From contig JBPOIB010000001.1 in the NCBI GenBank assembly GCA_052034935.1, forward strand, positions 316,348 to 380,347: a DNA stretch of 64,000 bases, read 5' to 3'. The notes beneath the pieces were generated by a model that saw nothing but the letters and a program-made list of their open reading frames with translations, was not told the origin of the DNA and made no database searches. This document shows positions 40,219-50,004 of the stretch, in pieces (position 1 is the stretch's first letter; every line of letters begins with the position of its first letter). The DNA comes from Candidatus Moraniibacteriota bacterium (GTDB taxonomy: Bacteria > Patescibacteriota > Minisyncoccia > Moranbacterales > UBA1568). The position numbers were made by a program, and so were the translations under genes.

Positions 40219-40686
40219 CTACTTTCTCTTCTTAAACAAAATTGCGAGCACTTTATCAAAGCCCGGGAGCAACCGTAGCCCCTTCGCCTCGCTTAGTTTG
40301 AGCCATACGTAATTTTTCGCCTCCCAATCAAGTCGCACCTCGTCTGTGTCCACAGTTACGAGGACAGGATGAACAATCCACGTCTTCTTATATTTCGGCT
40401 CTTCCTGATCAAAAATCTCGCCGAGCCGGATAGACACAATATGCTTCTTAGCCAGACCGAGTTCTTCACGAAGTTCTTCCCTCACTTTTTCCTCCAAGCT
40501 TTTCTGGTCATCGAGGAATCCAGAAATACCATTCCAGTAGCCTGGATAGAGTCGTAGTGAAGCACTCCGTTCAACGAGAAGAATTTTTTGCTTATACTTT
40601 ACGACACAATTAATCACAGGCGCCCAGCGGACATTGGTAAAATCCACTTGACCAGGACGAGGTTGAAAAACCTTCTCTTTCTTCAT
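40219..40686 (-). CDS. Nudix hydrolase
   Basis: YPGYWNGISGFLD..EELREELG, LDWE. Confidence 0.87.
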   Translation of the reverse strand: MKKEKVFQPRPGQVDFTNVRWAPVINCVVKYKQKILLVERSASLRLYPGYWNGISGFLDDQKSLEEKVREELREELGLAKKHIVSIRLGEIFDQEEPKYKKTWIVHPVLVTVDTDEVRLDWEAKNYVWLKLSEAKGLRLLPGFDKVLAILFKKRK

Positions 40687-40688
40687 AT

Positions 40689-41015
40689 TTACCCTTTATT
40701 CCGTTTTCGAATCTTCTGAATCTTACCGTCGAGCACCGACATGATATCGACATCCATCGCCCTGGCTAGCATGAAGAGCACGATGAGGACGTCCACAAAT
40801 TCACCTTCCAGATCTCCGGATTTCCCACGAGCGAGCTTCTCCTTTCGTTGATCGCCGACCGAAGCGAGCACGGCATCACAGAGTTCGCCGTACTCTTCGC
40901 CAAGCTTGATTGTCCGGGCGAAAATCCGATTCTTTTGTGTCTGCCTCTTCTCCTTTCGGAAGAATTCGTGCTGCTCGTCGATGAATTGTCGAAACTCTTC
41001 AAACGTCATACTCAT
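40689..41015 (-). CDS. MazG-like nucleotide pyrophosphohydrolase
   Basis: KLGEEYGELCDA...EGEFVDVL, the all-alpha NTP-PPase ExxE/ExxD pattern. Confidence 0.85.
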   Translation of the reverse strand: MSMTFEEFRQFIDEQHEFFRKEKRQTQKNRIFARTIKLGEEYGELCDAVLASVGDQRKEKLARGKSGDLEGEFVDVLIVLFMLARAMDVDIMSVLDGKIQKIRKRNKG

Positions 41016-41668
41016 TTTTCCAGTTTCAAAAACTCCCCTTCACTTACTACATCAATCTGATCATCAGTAATTTTAAGTGCTGAATCATCATCAAGAGCAT
41101 ACACGGTTGTGGGAAACTTCAGAGCGAGTGAACGGATGAGATTAGTCCGAAGATGGGCGAAATAATCAGAATTCAGATGCGGCAATATCGAAAGATCAAG
41201 CATGTCTAGTCCAGTCTCATCCCCCACAAAAGATTCCTCCGGCCAAAGCTCGCGAGTAAGTTCCGTAGGCAAAAGCTTACCGACGACCATACTCCCTGCG
41301 CTAATCCCCATATACACTCGCGTCTTCAAAAGCTCCGGCAGGACTTCGGCCACGCCGGACTCTCGCATCACTTTCGCCAAATATTGCTCATCGCCACCGC
41401 CGAAACAAAGTACATCTGCCGATTCAAAGCGTGCCAGCCAGTTCTCACGTGGTACAGCGGCAATATCCACGATATCGAAAGATTTCAATCTGAGCCGAAG
41501 GAACTCATTGTAGTTTTCAACGAGCCAGCTCTTATCATCAGCCACCAGGCTTGCAGCTGTCGGAACGAATACAACGGACACTTCGTTCACCGGCTTACCC
41601 AATAATTCAAACAACGACTTTTCAATTGAGGCATTACTCAGCCCATCAGAAGTCAGGAGAAATTTCAT
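41012..41668 (-). CDS. Peptidase S51 (dipeptidase E) family
   Basis: LLTSDG, FVPTA, GGG, GISAGS, PHLNS. Confidence 0.9.
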   Translation of the reverse strand: MKFLLTSDGLSNASIEKSLFELLGKPVNEVSVVFVPTAASLVADDKSWLVENYNEFLRLRLKSFDIVDIAAVPRENWLARFESADVLCFGGGDEQYLAKVMRESGVAEVLPELLKTRVYMGISAGSMVVGKLLPTELTRELWPEESFVGDETGLDMLDLSILPHLNSDYFAHLRTNLIRSLALKFPTTVYALDDDSALKITDDQIDVVSEGEFLKLEK

Positions 41669-41669
41669 A

Positions 41670-42215
41670 CTATATGTTTTGACTCAAGTAACGAAGCAAT
41701 ACCAAGGCACTCCGCTCCTCGCTTATAGAACCATCGAGACACATGCCCCTTGCTTTCTCGCAATCAAAATATTCAAAAACAATATCTTCTCCATGCTCTA
41801 GCTGTTGCTCAACCTTACTGAAATCATTTACAACAAAATAGTAGAGATCCCAAACAATTGTTGCACCACAAACAGATTTGTGGAAAAAAGAAATGTCCTT
41901 CACTTCTATCCCTGCTTCTTCATGCGCTTCCTTGATAGCAGCCCGCTGAGCAGACTCATTGATATCTACACCTCTCTCCAATGCGCTATTGTACTCATCG
42001 AGTGAATCATAGACTTTTCCTCCCGGAAGTCGATAGTCATACCCGTCAAGTTCATGACGAAATTCTTTGGTCAAAAGAATTGTCTTACCCTGAGGAATAA
42101 TGAGTCGCGTCCCAGGTGAACGCCGAGCAAATTCAAACATTTTTTTCACACCAGCTTGCTCAACATCCTTCTGTACCACTTCAATTATCTTCCCCTTGTA
42201 AGTGATATTTTCCAT
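41670..42215 (-). CDS. Nudix hydrolase with interrupted Nudix box
   Basis: EFARRSPG, LPGGK-[insertion]-AAIKEAHEEAG, LEHGEDI. Confidence 0.85.
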   Translation of the reverse strand: MENITYKGKIIEVVQKDVEQAGVKKMFEFARRSPGTRLIIPQGKTILLTKEFRHELDGYDYRLPGGKVYDSLDEYNSALERGVDINESAQRAAIKEAHEEAGIEVKDISFFHKSVCGATIVWDLYYFVVNDFSKVEQQLEHGEDIVFEYFDCEKARGMCLDGSISEERSALVLLRYLSQNI

Positions 42216-42218
42216 ACA

Positions 42219-42689
42219 TTAACAATCAACAAATCCGCCAATATAACTCGCTTCATAAACACACTCACCGTCTCGATAGATTTTCTCGGTACCGGAAAAA
42301 TTCTCTACCAATCCATCAATATCGTTTTCATACCGCCAATTTTCTTTCTCGAAAACTGCCGGGCCGCGATAGGGAACATCCTCTGTCGTATGGCGAAGTG
42401 CCTCCGTGAGAACGCCATACACTGCAGTATTACCAATTTCAGTATAGACAAATCCGTAGTACACCATCATCCACACAGCTTTGCCTTGGTAAAATACGAC
42501 TTCTCGACCACCATACGGTTCACCGCCGAAGTAATTGTCATGGAACTTGAAATCTCCTTCCGCAAACTCAATGGTTGTTGATCCGTCCAGCTGTTTCACT
42601 TTGATTGATTCATCACCCGACGCATACGTCGCGCGACTCGCAGAATAAATAAACCTTCTTAATTTCTCATGATCAAACCTATTTTCCAT
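42219..42689 (-). CDS. DUF5680-like protein
   Basis: TYA, DNYFGG..GGREVV....VWMMVYYG, PYRGP, FSGTEKI, YIGG. Confidence 0.8.
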   Translation of the reverse strand: MENRFDHEKLRRFIYSASRATYASGDESIKVKQLDGSTTIEFAEGDFKFHDNYFGGEPYGGREVVFYQGKAVWMMVYYGFVYTEIGNTAVYGVLTEALRHTTEDVPYRGPAVFEKENWRYENDIDGLVENFSGTEKIYRDGECVYEASYIGGFVDC

Positions 42690-43680
42690 ATTGTTCGGAA
42701 TAGTATTTCTGATACTCCCCACTTTTCACATTCTTCCACCAGGTTTCATTAACTTTGAACCACTCAACGGTCCTAGCCAGTCCTTCTTCCAAATTCACTG
42801 ATGGTTCCCAGCCAAGCTCGGTTTTAATCTTGTCGAAGTTGATGGCGTAGCGACGGTCATGGCCGGGCCGGTCCTTCACGTACTCGATTGATGACTCGTC
42901 TTTGCCAAGGAGCCTGAGAAGTTCCTTCACGATCCAAATATTTTCCCGTTCGCCGTCGCCACCAACACAGTAGGTCTCGCCAATTGTTCCTTTTTCGAGG
43001 ATAAGCGCGATCGCCCGCGCATGATCCTCCACATACAGCCAGTCGCGCACCTGAGCGCCGTCCCCATACACCGGGATTTTCTTTCCATCGAGGAGGTTGG
43101 TAATCGCAAGCGGAATAAGTTTCTCGGGGAAGTGATAGGGGCCATAATTATTGGAGCAATTCGATATCGTAACCGGCAGACCGAACGTATGGAAATAGGC
43201 CCGGACGAGGTGATCGCTCCCAGCCTTGCTCGCACTGTAGGGACTGCGCGGATCATAGGGCGTTGCCTCATCGAACGCTGGGTCGGCTGGCGCAAGCGCA
43301 CCAAAAACCTCATCGGTTGAGACGTGATGAAACCGCTTCATATGTTTCCGCGCTGCCTCAAGAAGCGTAAACGTTCCGAGCACATTCGTCCGGACGAAAG
43401 CCTCCGGACCAAGAATAGATCGATCGACATGACTTTCAGCCGCAAAATGGACAATCGCATCACACTCTGCTACGAGCGAATCAACGAGCGAGACATCAGT
43501 GATGTCGCCTTTCACGAAACGGTAGCGTGAGTCGCCTTCGAACTCCTTTAGGTTTTCCGGATTGCCCGCATAGGTCAGGAGATCGAGATTGATGATTTCC
43601 ACCTCGAGATTACTCCCAAGCATGTAACGGATAAAATTTGATCCGATGAATCCAGCGCCACCGGTAACAAGAAGTTTCAT
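42679..43680 (-). CDS. rmlB: dTDP-glucose 4,6-dehydratase
   Basis: VTGGAGFIGSN, AAESHVDRSI, STDEV, YSASK, DRPGHDRRY. Confidence 0.97.
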   Translation of the reverse strand: MKLLVTGGAGFIGSNFIRYMLGSNLEVEIINLDLLTYAGNPENLKEFEGDSRYRFVKGDITDVSLVDSLVAECDAIVHFAAESHVDRSILGPEAFVRTNVLGTFTLLEAARKHMKRFHHVSTDEVFGALAPADPAFDEATPYDPRSPYSASKAGSDHLVRAYFHTFGLPVTISNCSNNYGPYHFPEKLIPLAITNLLDGKKIPVYGDGAQVRDWLYVEDHARAIALILEKGTIGETYCVGGDGERENIWIVKELLRLLGKDESSIEYVKDRPGHDRRYAINFDKIKTELGWEPSVNLEEGLARTVEWFKVNETWWKNVKSGEYQKYYSEQYGK

Positions 43681-43684
43681 AATT

Positions 43685-44254
43685 TTACGCTGTAAGGATT
43701 GGGTTTGTGAAAACAAATTCACTCGAGATTTCCGAAAGGAGCGGATGCCGCTGATCCTTTTCTGAAACGATTCGCTCAGTCACACCCCAGTCGATACCGA
43801 CTGCCGGGTCATCGAAGCGGATGCCGCGGTCATACCCCTTGGAATACGCATTCGTGCACTTGTAGGAAAAAATCGTATTGTCCTCGAGCGCCGCAAACCC
43901 GTGAGCGAAGCCAGCTGGGATCCAAAACTGGCGATGGTTATCGGCTGAAAGCTCAACCGCGACATGCTTCCCGTACGTCGGCGATCCGGTCCGGATATCG
44001 ACCGCGACATCCATCACCCGACCGCGAAGCACTGAAACGAGCTTGCCCTGGGCGAACGGCGACGTCTGATAGTGCAATCCGCGAATAACGCCTTTTTTTG
44101 ACACTGAAACATTATCCTGAACAAAGGCATCCGGAATCCCTGCCTCGCGATACCGGCTACTATTGAAGGATTCGAAGAAGTATCCGCGTTCATCCCGGTA
44201 GATATCCGGCTCGATGACAAGTAGTCCTTCGATAGCGGTTCTGGCGACATTCAT
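43685..44254 (-). CDS. rmlC: dTDP-4-dehydrorhamnose 3,5-epimerase
   Basis: DERGYFFE, RGLHYQ, QGKLV, GFAHGF. Confidence 0.97.
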   Translation of the reverse strand: MNVARTAIEGLLVIEPDIYRDERGYFFESFNSSRYREAGIPDAFVQDNVSVSKKGVIRGLHYQTSPFAQGKLVSVLRGRVMDVAVDIRTGSPTYGKHVAVELSADNHRQFWIPAGFAHGFAALEDNTIFSYKCTNAYSKGYDRGIRFDDPAVGIDWGVTERIVSEKDQRHPLLSEISSEFVFTNPILTA

Positions 44255-44305
44255 AGGGAAAATCAGATCAATTACCTTTATCCTACCGTATTCGTGGGGA
44301 AAACG

Positions 44306-44341
44306 AAAAAGCGCCCTGAGCAGAGTCGAAGGGCGCTTTTT
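44306..44341. terminator. Intrinsic terminator after the KH-domain gene
   Basis: AAAAAGCGCCCT...AGGGCGCTTTTT. Confidence 0.8.
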
Positions 44342-44344
44342 GGT

Positions 44345-44737
44345 TTAAATCTTGATATCGTTCATCACATCTTCGAGCGAACGCGGGGCCGGGGTCGGCT
44401 GGATCACATGCTCGAACGGTTCATTTGGACTCACCACTTCTTCGGCCGGAATCGCCTCGTGGCGCCGTTCCGGACGCTGACCGCCTTCCGGTTCATTGAT
44501 CTTCAGGTTCACGCGAGCATTATTCCGTGCGCCGATAACGCGGAGCAAAGTTCGGAGTGCCTTCGCGGTCATCCCTTCGCGACCGATGACCATGCCCATA
44601 TCGTCCGCATGGACATCGAGCGTGATAAGTACGCCCATCTCATCAATCTTCCGCTCCACTTTCACACTCTCCGGATTATCCACCAACATCTTCACTACGT
44701 ACTCGATAAATTCCTTGTCCCGTGCTTCGTCTGTCAT
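44345..44737 (-). CDS. khpA: KH-domain RNA-binding protein (KhpA/YlqC)
   Basis: LVDNPESV, DMGMVIGREG.TAKALRTLL, plus a low-complexity C-terminal tail. Confidence 0.88.
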   Translation of the reverse strand: MTDEARDKEFIEYVVKMLVDNPESVKVERKIDEMGVLITLDVHADDMGMVIGREGMTAKALRTLLRVIGARNNARVNLKINEPEGGQRPERRHEAIPAEEVVSPNEPFEHVIQPTPAPRSLEDVMNDIKI

Positions 44738-44817
44738 ACACGTCTCTCAAAGTAATGATGGGTTACAGAAACTTCCTCTTTATTCTAGGCGATTGGTCCT
44801 GAAAATTCAATTCCTGT

Positions 44818-46137
44818 CTACCGCCATTCTTCCGGCGGACGGAAAGGGTTAGCGCGCCAAGCAGCCGACTGACGGCAAAGAAGTGATCGATTCTTCTCTG
44901 CTCTTTGCTCGCCCCCGAGCAGCGCTTCGACGACGAGCTCCATCCGCAGCCCCTGCGAACCCTTTACCAGAACAAGATCGTGGGGGCGGACCACCGTATG
45001 TATCCGTTCCAAAGCCGTCACGGGGTCAGGGAAATGGAAGATGTTTTTCTCAGGAAAATTCGTCCCACGGAGCGCATCAGAGAGAAAGTGCATGTGCTGT
45101 CCAACACCTACGAAAACGCTCGCTCCGCTTGAAATGACCGCATCGCGGAGCATGCGATGAACCTCATCCGAAGTCGACCCAATCTCGAGCATGTCGCCGA
45201 GAATGACAACTTTCCTCGGAGCGATCAGCTCGCGCATTGTCGCAAGCGCCGCTTCAGTCGAGGCACGCGAAGCGTTATAGGTATCATCGATGACCCGGAT
45301 ATCCGCATTGCCATCGAGCAGCCTCATCCGGCCCGGAAGCGTCTGGAACTCGACAAGCGCCGCCGCGATATCGACGAGGTTCATCTTGAGCGCTGTGCCG
45401 ACAGCCGCGGCAGCGAGTACCGCCGAGATATGATGCCGACCGATAATACCTGGGAGACGAACCGGGATTGATTTGCCACCCGAATTCAACTTGAAAGAAA
45501 GACCCTCTATCCGATTCCCTTCCTGAAGCAGGCGGATATTGTCAGCACGGAGCGATGCTCCCTCGGTCAGACCGTAGGAAATGACCGCGGCCGTAGTCCT
45601 CCCACTCTGCTGCAGCGCCAAATCATTGTCAGCGTTCACAATTGCCGTCCCCGAATCAGGAATCGCAGCAACCAATTTCCCTTTCTCTTTCGCAATCTGG
45701 TCGATATTTTCGAATTGTGCAAGATGACTTTCCGAAACGTGCGTCAGGACAGCGATATCCGGCTGCACGATACTGAGGAGATAGTCCATATCGCCGGGAT
45801 AATCAACGCCCATCTCAAGAATGAGCACCTCCGGATAAGGACGGAGGCGAAGCATCGAAAGGATAGCTTCGGCACCGGCCTGAACCCAAAGCGAGAACGA
45901 CCGGCCCGGACTCTTGATCCCGAGAATCGCGGCCGGAAGGCCGAACTCATTATTGTAGTTGCCGGGCGAGTAACGGATCGTGAAATTCTTGGAGAGCACA
46001 AGCGCGGTTGCCTCTTTCGCTGAGCTCTTACCAACCGATCCAGTAATACCGACAATGATGGGCTGGTGCGCCCGGAGCACGCTGCGAGCGAGCATTCTGA
46101 GGATTCCGGCGCCTATTTTCTGTAGCCTCTTGTTCAT
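44818..46137 (-). CDS. murF: UDP-N-acetylmuramoyl-tripeptide--D-alanyl-D-alanine ligase
   Basis: GITGSVGKS, YNNEFGLP, LEMG, DDTYNAS, LGDMLEIG, LVKGSQ. Confidence 0.93.
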   Translation of the reverse strand: MNKRLQKIGAGILRMLARSVLRAHQPIIVGITGSVGKSSAKEATALVLSKNFTIRYSPGNYNNEFGLPAAILGIKSPGRSFSLWVQAGAEAILSMLRLRPYPEVLILEMGVDYPGDMDYLLSIVQPDIAVLTHVSESHLAQFENIDQIAKEKGKLVAAIPDSGTAIVNADNDLALQQSGRTTAAVISYGLTEGASLRADNIRLLQEGNRIEGLSFKLNSGGKSIPVRLPGIIGRHHISAVLAAAAVGTALKMNLVDIAAALVEFQTLPGRMRLLDGNADIRVIDDTYNASRASTEAALATMRELIAPRKVVILGDMLEIGSTSDEVHRMLRDAVISSGASVFVGVGQHMHFLSDALRGTNFPEKNIFHFPDPVTALERIHTVVRPHDLVLVKGSQGLRMELVVEALLGGEQRAEKNRSLLCRQSAAWRANPFRPPEEWR

Positions 46138-46149
46138 AAATCAGACAGT

Positions 46150-47916
46150 CTATTTCTTCATCGGTTCAGTCGTCGGTACTGTAGCATAGGAGAGAAGAAA
46201 CCGCATGATAGAGCCGAAAGTCGGAGCTGCGCTCGATTCTGCCCACTGCACATCTTTCGGATTATCGAATTTCACGATAACAACAAAACGCGGGTCATTG
46301 ATTGGCGCATAGCCAACGAAGGAGCCGATAGTAATATTCTCATCATAGCCTTTCGATCCGGTCTTCGCGACCTGAGCTGTTCCAGTTTTTCCGCCGACGA
46401 GATATCCGGGGACATCAGCTCGCTTGCCATGACCGTTCACAACGACGTTCCGGAGCATCTCTCCGACTTTCTTCGCCGTATCCTGCGAGAGGACACGCCG
46501 CACTTCTTCCGGCTCGACTGTCCGGACTTCGCCCTGAGCATCGATAATCCGGTCAACGATCTGCGGTTTCATCAGGATCCCGTCATTGGCAATCGCCCCA
46601 TAGGCCATCGCCAGCTGGAGCGGCGTTACGGTGATCCCTTGGCCGAACGAGGCAGTCATGAATTGAATCGCTGATTTGGGATTGTCGAGGTTGCGCAGAT
46701 TGCCCGCGTGCTCCGCCGGCAGACGGATTCCCGTTTTCGCCCCGAAACCGAAACGCCGCAGGCTTTCCCGGAACGGCACATGGCCAACGAGCCGCTCGAC
46801 ATGCATGACACCGGTATTGATCGACTCCTCAAGCACCTTCGTCATCGAACTCCGGCCATATACCTTATCCTCAGCATTTCTGATGGAGTAGCCCGCCTCT
46901 TGGACGACTCCCGTATCGACAAATTCAGTATTGGGGTTAACTTTTCCGTCTTCGATCCCGATCGCCATCGTGATTGGTTTCATGACCGATCCAGACTCGT
47001 ACGGCAAACTTACGAGCGGATTCATGAAAAGACTGATATCTTCAGTCTTGCCATACTCGTTCGGATTGAACTGCGGCACACTCGCCATCGCGAGTATTTT
47101 TCCCGTCTTCGGTTCGAGAACAATCGCGGAAGCCGTATCAGCATTGAATTTTTCCTTTGATTCGGAGAGTATTTTCTCCACCTCATACTGGATGACACGA
47201 TCGATCGTGAGAACAAGGCTCTGCCCATCTTCCGGCTCGACATGATCCCGATCCGTCAATGAAATCCAGCGACCGGCCGCATCGCGCTCCTGAGAAATCG
47301 TGCCATCTTTACCGTGAAGCTCTCCGTTCCAGCTCGCTTCGACGCCATAGATCCCAATTTCTCCATCATCGCTCGGGCCAGCGAACCCGATTACCTTGGA
47401 AGATAATTCGCCGCCCGGGTAGTAGCGGTAGATTTCCGGCAAGAAATTCACACCCTTCAGATGGAGCTCGCTAATCCGACTCTCCTCTTCCGGAGTGATT
47501 TTTTTCTTAATCACTTCAAATGGGTCAGCACGATCGGAAAGCCGTTCTCGGATTCTTTCCTCTTCGATACCGAGGATGGAGGATAGGGCAAGTGCTGTCG
47601 CAGGAACATCTTCGACGAGTTTGGGGATGACGTAGACGAGCCTATACTCACGATTGACGGCGATGGGATAGGTCAGATCACCGTCGCGGAGAGAAATACT
47701 GCCTCGTTCAGCTCGGAGCGCCTGAGCGATCGTATGTTGATCCTCAGCCATTGCCACCCACTTTTCACGACCGACAACCTGCAACACATAGAGACGACCA
47801 ATAATGACAACGCCAGCGAAAAAAAGCGCACTACGGAAAAAATACAGCCGCCAATGAGGAGCTGTGCCTGCCGGGTGCGAGAGTTTCTGACGGGAGGCGC
47901 GTCGAGCAATCTGCAT
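46150..47916 (-). CDS. ftsI: Class B PBP (FtsI-like transpeptidase)
   Basis: RYYP, YESGSVMK, SIN, FGQG, KTGTAQ; dcw position. Confidence 0.9.
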   Translation of the reverse strand: MQIARRASRQKLSHPAGTAPHWRLYFFRSALFFAGVVIIGRLYVLQVVGREKWVAMAEDQHTIAQALRAERGSISLRDGDLTYPIAVNREYRLVYVIPKLVEDVPATALALSSILGIEEERIRERLSDRADPFEVIKKKITPEEESRISELHLKGVNFLPEIYRYYPGGELSSKVIGFAGPSDDGEIGIYGVEASWNGELHGKDGTISQERDAAGRWISLTDRDHVEPEDGQSLVLTIDRVIQYEVEKILSESKEKFNADTASAIVLEPKTGKILAMASVPQFNPNEYGKTEDISLFMNPLVSLPYESGSVMKPITMAIGIEDGKVNPNTEFVDTGVVQEAGYSIRNAEDKVYGRSSMTKVLEESINTGVMHVERLVGHVPFRESLRRFGFGAKTGIRLPAEHAGNLRNLDNPKSAIQFMTASFGQGITVTPLQLAMAYGAIANDGILMKPQIVDRIIDAQGEVRTVEPEEVRRVLSQDTAKKVGEMLRNVVVNGHGKRADVPGYLVGGKTGTAQVAKTGSKGYDENITIGSFVGYAPINDPRFVVIVKFDNPKDVQWAESSAAPTFGSIMRFLLSYATVPTTEPMKK

Positions 47917-47924
47917 ACGGGTAT

Positions 47925-48281
47925 TTAACGGAGAGCGACGGCATTTGTTCGAGCATTCAGGACAGTGGTGATTTCCGCTTTCTCCATCCGGAGATCAGCA
48001 CTCCCTTCTTCGACCCGCGAGAGAGATTTTGCTTCAGCCTCACGGACTCGGAGCTCAGCATTCGCTTTTTTCAGCTCTTTCAGCTCCTTCTCCAGGTTTC
48101 GAATCGCGTATCCCTGGACCGCATTCCGGTTCACCGAATAGACATAGAGACCGGCGGAAAGCAGGGAAAGGGCGAGTAAAGCGACAACGGCAACATGGGC
48201 GCTCGCCGCATGCGCCGACCAGAGCCTCCGCTGAAGCTTGGCTGGTTTATTTTGTCTTTTTTCAGCACAGTAGACTCGCAT
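47925..48281 (-). CDS. ftsL: FtsL-like cell division protein
   Basis: Basic N-terminus, one TM helix, coiled coil; located between rsmH and ftsI. Confidence 0.7.
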   Translation of the reverse strand: MRVYCAEKRQNKPAKLQRRLWSAHAASAHVAVVALLALSLLSAGLYVYSVNRNAVQGYAIRNLEKELKELKKANAELRVREAEAKSLSRVEEGSADLRMEKAEITTVLNARTNAVALR

Positions 48282-48289
48282 ATTTGTTT

Positions 48290-49234
48290 TTATTTTTTCT
48301 CTTCTCCGATCTTCTCGACGGAGCGGAGTTTGGCGCTCCTCGCTCGGGGATTTTTCCCGATTTCCTCTCGTGTAGGAACAAGTGGTTTTTTTGTCACCCA
48401 GACGAGACGAGGTGTTTCCGATCGGATTTCTTTTTGGAACAGGTGTTTGACGATTGCATCTTCGCCGGAGTGGAAGGAAACAATCACGGCCCGACCGTGT
48501 GGAGCAAGTGTTTCCGGTACGGTCTTGATAAATTCTTCGAGATGTCGACCCTCGCTATTGACCGCAATCCGGAGCGCTTGGAAGACTTTCGTCGCCGGAT
48601 GTGTCTTGCCTTTCCGACGCGCCGCGGCGACATTGAACCAGACGAGCTCGCGGAGAGCAGCAGTCGTTTCAATCGACGCTTTTTTGCGGGCAATGATGAC
48701 GGCAGCGGCAATCCGTTTCGCTTCCCCCTCATCGCCGTAGGTCTCGAAGAGATCAGCGAGAGCGGCTTCGGGAAGTTGATTCAAGAGATGCCGTGCTTCG
48801 ACCCGTTCATCGGTATTGAGCCGCATATCGAGCGGACCATCGACCTGGAAGGAGATGCCCCGTTCTGGGTCAGCGAGCTGGTCGCTGGAGAGTCCGAGGT
48901 CAGCGACAATAGCATCCGCCTTGTCCCAGCCATTTTCACGGATCACCTCCATGAGACGACTGTACGGCGTCCGGATAAGCTTGAGTCGTCCGCTGGCGAG
49001 TGCCAAAGCAAGTAGTGGATCCTGATTCGCTCGCCCTCGGAAACGCTCAATCGCCTTTTCGTCCCAATCGAGCGCGATGAGTTTTCCCTCCGGTCCGATC
49101 CGTTCGAGGATCGCTCGTGTATATCCGCCTCCGCCGAGCGTCGCATCGACAACTCTCATTCCTAGCCGAAGATCGAGCGCAGTGAGAACTTCCTCGAGCA
49201 TGACGGGGACATGTTCTGTATTACCCTGTTCCAT
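48290..49234 (-). CDS. rsmH: 16S rRNA m4C1402 methyltransferase
   Basis: HVPVM, DATLGGGG, DLGLSS.QL, PLDMR, FQALRIAVN, NPRARSAKLR. Confidence 0.98.
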   Translation of the reverse strand: MEQGNTEHVPVMLEEVLTALDLRLGMRVVDATLGGGGYTRAILERIGPEGKLIALDWDEKAIERFRGRANQDPLLALALASGRLKLIRTPYSRLMEVIRENGWDKADAIVADLGLSSDQLADPERGISFQVDGPLDMRLNTDERVEARHLLNQLPEAALADLFETYGDEGEAKRIAAAVIIARKKASIETTAALRELVWFNVAAARRKGKTHPATKVFQALRIAVNSEGRHLEEFIKTVPETLAPHGRAVIVSFHSGEDAIVKHLFQKEIRSETPRLVWVTKKPLVPTREEIGKNPRARSAKLRSVEKIGEEKK

Positions 49235-49258
49235 ATTGTTGAGGTACGTATTCGAAAG

Positions 49259-49693
49259 CTAGTAAATACCGAGTTTGCCGAGTTCGTTGGCGATTTTTTC
49301 GGTATTTTTTTCAGCTTGGTGTTTGTATTTCTCCCACTCTTTCGTGTCCCAGATTTCGAGGCGATTGTAGAGACCGACGACGGTCACTTCTTTCGCCAGT
49401 CCGGCCTCCTTCTTCAGGTATTCCGGAATGAGAACACGGCCTTGCGCATCGAGCTCGACATCCGTTGCTCCTGCAAGCATGAGCCGGATGAAGCTTCGCG
49501 TTCCCGTCTCACCGACTGGGAGCGATCCGAGCTTTCCCGCAAGCTCCTCCCACACTTTCATCGGATAGACGAAGAGTGAACGATCGAGTCCTCGTGTCAC
49601 AACGACCCGCGCACCGAGCTCCCCGCGAAACTTCGAAGGAAGCGCCAGGCGCTTTTTGGGATCGATCGAATGTTGGTACTCGCCGATGAACAT
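49259..49693 (-). CDS. mraZ: Transcriptional regulator MraZ
   Basis: MFIGEYQHSIDPKKRL, LDAQGRVLIP, RLEIW. Confidence 0.97.
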   Translation of the reverse strand: MFIGEYQHSIDPKKRLALPSKFRGELGARVVVTRGLDRSLFVYPMKVWEELAGKLGSLPVGETGTRSFIRLMLAGATDVELDAQGRVLIPEYLKKEAGLAKEVTVVGLYNRLEIWDTKEWEKYKHQAEKNTEKIANELGKLGIY

Positions 49694-49734
49694 AAGCGTG
49701 GCAAAAGCGAACAGTTGGAGTGTTTTCGTGAAAT

Positions 49735-49783
49735 TCACCACATTTCACCACTTCACTGTTCTTACTACCCATTTTATTCCACT
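49735..49783 (-). promoter_or_regulatory. Putative MraZ-binding direct repeats
   Basis: GTGG-type repeats at about 10-nt period upstream of mraZ (AGTGGTGAAA TGTGGTGAAT, plus GTGGAATAAA ATGGG). Confidence 0.65.
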
Positions 49784-49881
49784 TTCTGAAAAGGTGCAAA
49801 TGGCCCTCTAAAAAGCCAAAAACACCTCCTCACAGGTGTTCATTTTCTTATTCGCTTTGGGAAATTCGTCTTTCACCCTAT

Positions 49882-50004
49882 AAAAAGAAAAGAGAGGGTG
49901 CAAACGTTGTGCATCCTCATCTCGCGAGTGCCGGTCCTTCCACAGGACCAAGAATTGGGGCGTTAGAGCAATTGATGGTATGAGGAGTGGAAGGTTGGCA
50001 CCTC
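49882..50004 (-). ncRNA. Candidate small RNA between bcp and mraZ
   Basis: TTGCAG-N18-TATATT upstream; GTGCC/GGCAC and CCTTCCAC/GTGGAAGG stems; ends in a hairpin plus TCTTTTCTTTTT; no credible ORF. Confidence 0.45.
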
